Source: a bacterium | Lineage (GTDB): Bacteria > Patescibacteriota > Minisyncoccia > Phycocordibacterales > Zambryskibacteraceae | Length of the DNA: 32,242 bases | Assembly: GCA_030674415.1 (NCBI GenBank) | Contig: JAUSGP010000006.1 | Coordinates: 1 to 32,242, forward strand | Direction: 5' to 3' | Part shown: piece after piece, positions 32,024-32,242 of the stretch | Layout: every line of letters begins with the position of its first letter | Numbering within the stretch: position 1 is the first letter of the stretch | Made by a program: the position numbers and the translations under genes | The notes under the pieces: generated by a model | The model's database searches: none | Seen by the model: only the letters and a program-made list of their open reading frames with translations | Told to the model about the DNA's origin: nothing

Positions 32024-32099
32024 GCACCCGTAGCTCAACGGATAGAGTACTTGTCTTCGGAACAAGGGGTTGGGGGTTCGAGTCCCTCCGGGTGCACCA
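32024..32099 (+). tRNA. tRNA-Arg (anticodon UCG), CCA encoded
   Basis: GCACCCG-TA-GCTC-AACGGATA-GAGT-A-CTTGT-CTTCGGA-ACAAG-GGGTT-GGGGG-TTCGAGT-CCCTC-CGGGTGC-A-CCA. Confidence 0.92.
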
Positions 32100-32130
32100 G
32101 AAGTAACTTGTTCGGAATTAAGAATATGGA

Positions 32131-32166
32131 GCGATTTTGCAGAAGCCAAAATCGCGCTTTGATTTT
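32131..32166 (+). terminator. Hairpin plus T-run downstream of tRNA-Arg
   Basis: Stem GCGATTTTG (32131-32139) / CAAAATCGC (32147-32155), followed by GCTTTGATTTT. Confidence 0.5.
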
Positions 32167-32242
32167 CGCCAAAACCCTTTCCGCCTACGGCGGAAGCCGT
32201 GAAATCCCATAATTCCCCCCAGCGTATGGAAACCGTTTTGTC

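Noticed and set aside
31979-32149. 57-codon N-terminal extension of the ORF upstream of the pilin gene
   Set aside because: It is antisense to tRNA-Arg (32024-32099); the peptide GGTRTPNPLFRRQVLYPLSYG is the typical tRNA shadow translation. Start moved to 31978.
32167-32242. 30-aa basic minus-strand mini-ORF (MGFHGFRRRRKGFW…) at the right edge
   Set aside because: It overlaps the tRNA-Arg terminator hairpin, and no support exists beyond a G-run upstream.

Overview
Compact, mostly minus-strand bacterial window. Its content and architecture are what I would expect from a small-genome Patescibacteria/CPR-like organism (inference only). Genes are short, intergenic regions are tiny, and type IV pilus and ComEC/RecJ DNA-uptake genes are present. 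Standard genetic code; no rRNA, CRISPR array, transposase or integrase seen.

Left to right:
- str-operon fragment (rpsL, rpsG, 5' part of fusA), interrupted by a small self-contained gene
- M50 protease, divergent with rpmB
- PaaX/Cas2-like regulator flanked by two 38-bp hairpin repeats
- ComEC split into two genes with an opposite-strand Fe/Mn-SOD-like gene between them
- rnhA, recJ, an LTD protein, a HIT protein, tpiA-pgk
- type IV pilus operon: pilB, pilC, three pseudopilins, a PilX-like beta-helix protein
- a 785-aa glycine-rich secreted protein heading the pilus operon
- two divergent Cys/His-repeat paralogs (one with a Cys-less cupredoxin domain)
- a second secreted protein sharing about 280 C-terminal residues and the tail FDPxFEEF with the 785-aa protein
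- a GC-rich VWA gene, GH5-like gene, xth, yraN, KGG stress protein
- five tRNAs (Gly-UCC, Pro-UGG, Pro-CGG, Gly-GCC, Arg-UCG) and a pilin gene

Most interesting:
1. The pilus-linked surface-protein island (19048-26232).
2. A recurrent -10 box 6-9 nt upstream of the start codon at about 14 genes (leaderless-type starts). This contrasts with strong GGAGG Shine-Dalgarno sites plus GC-rich terminators on a set of small, apparently GC-richer cassette genes.
3. Three head-to-head gene pairs that share one palindromic -10 element.

All functional calls come from motifs read by eye in the supplied translations. No searches or computations were run.
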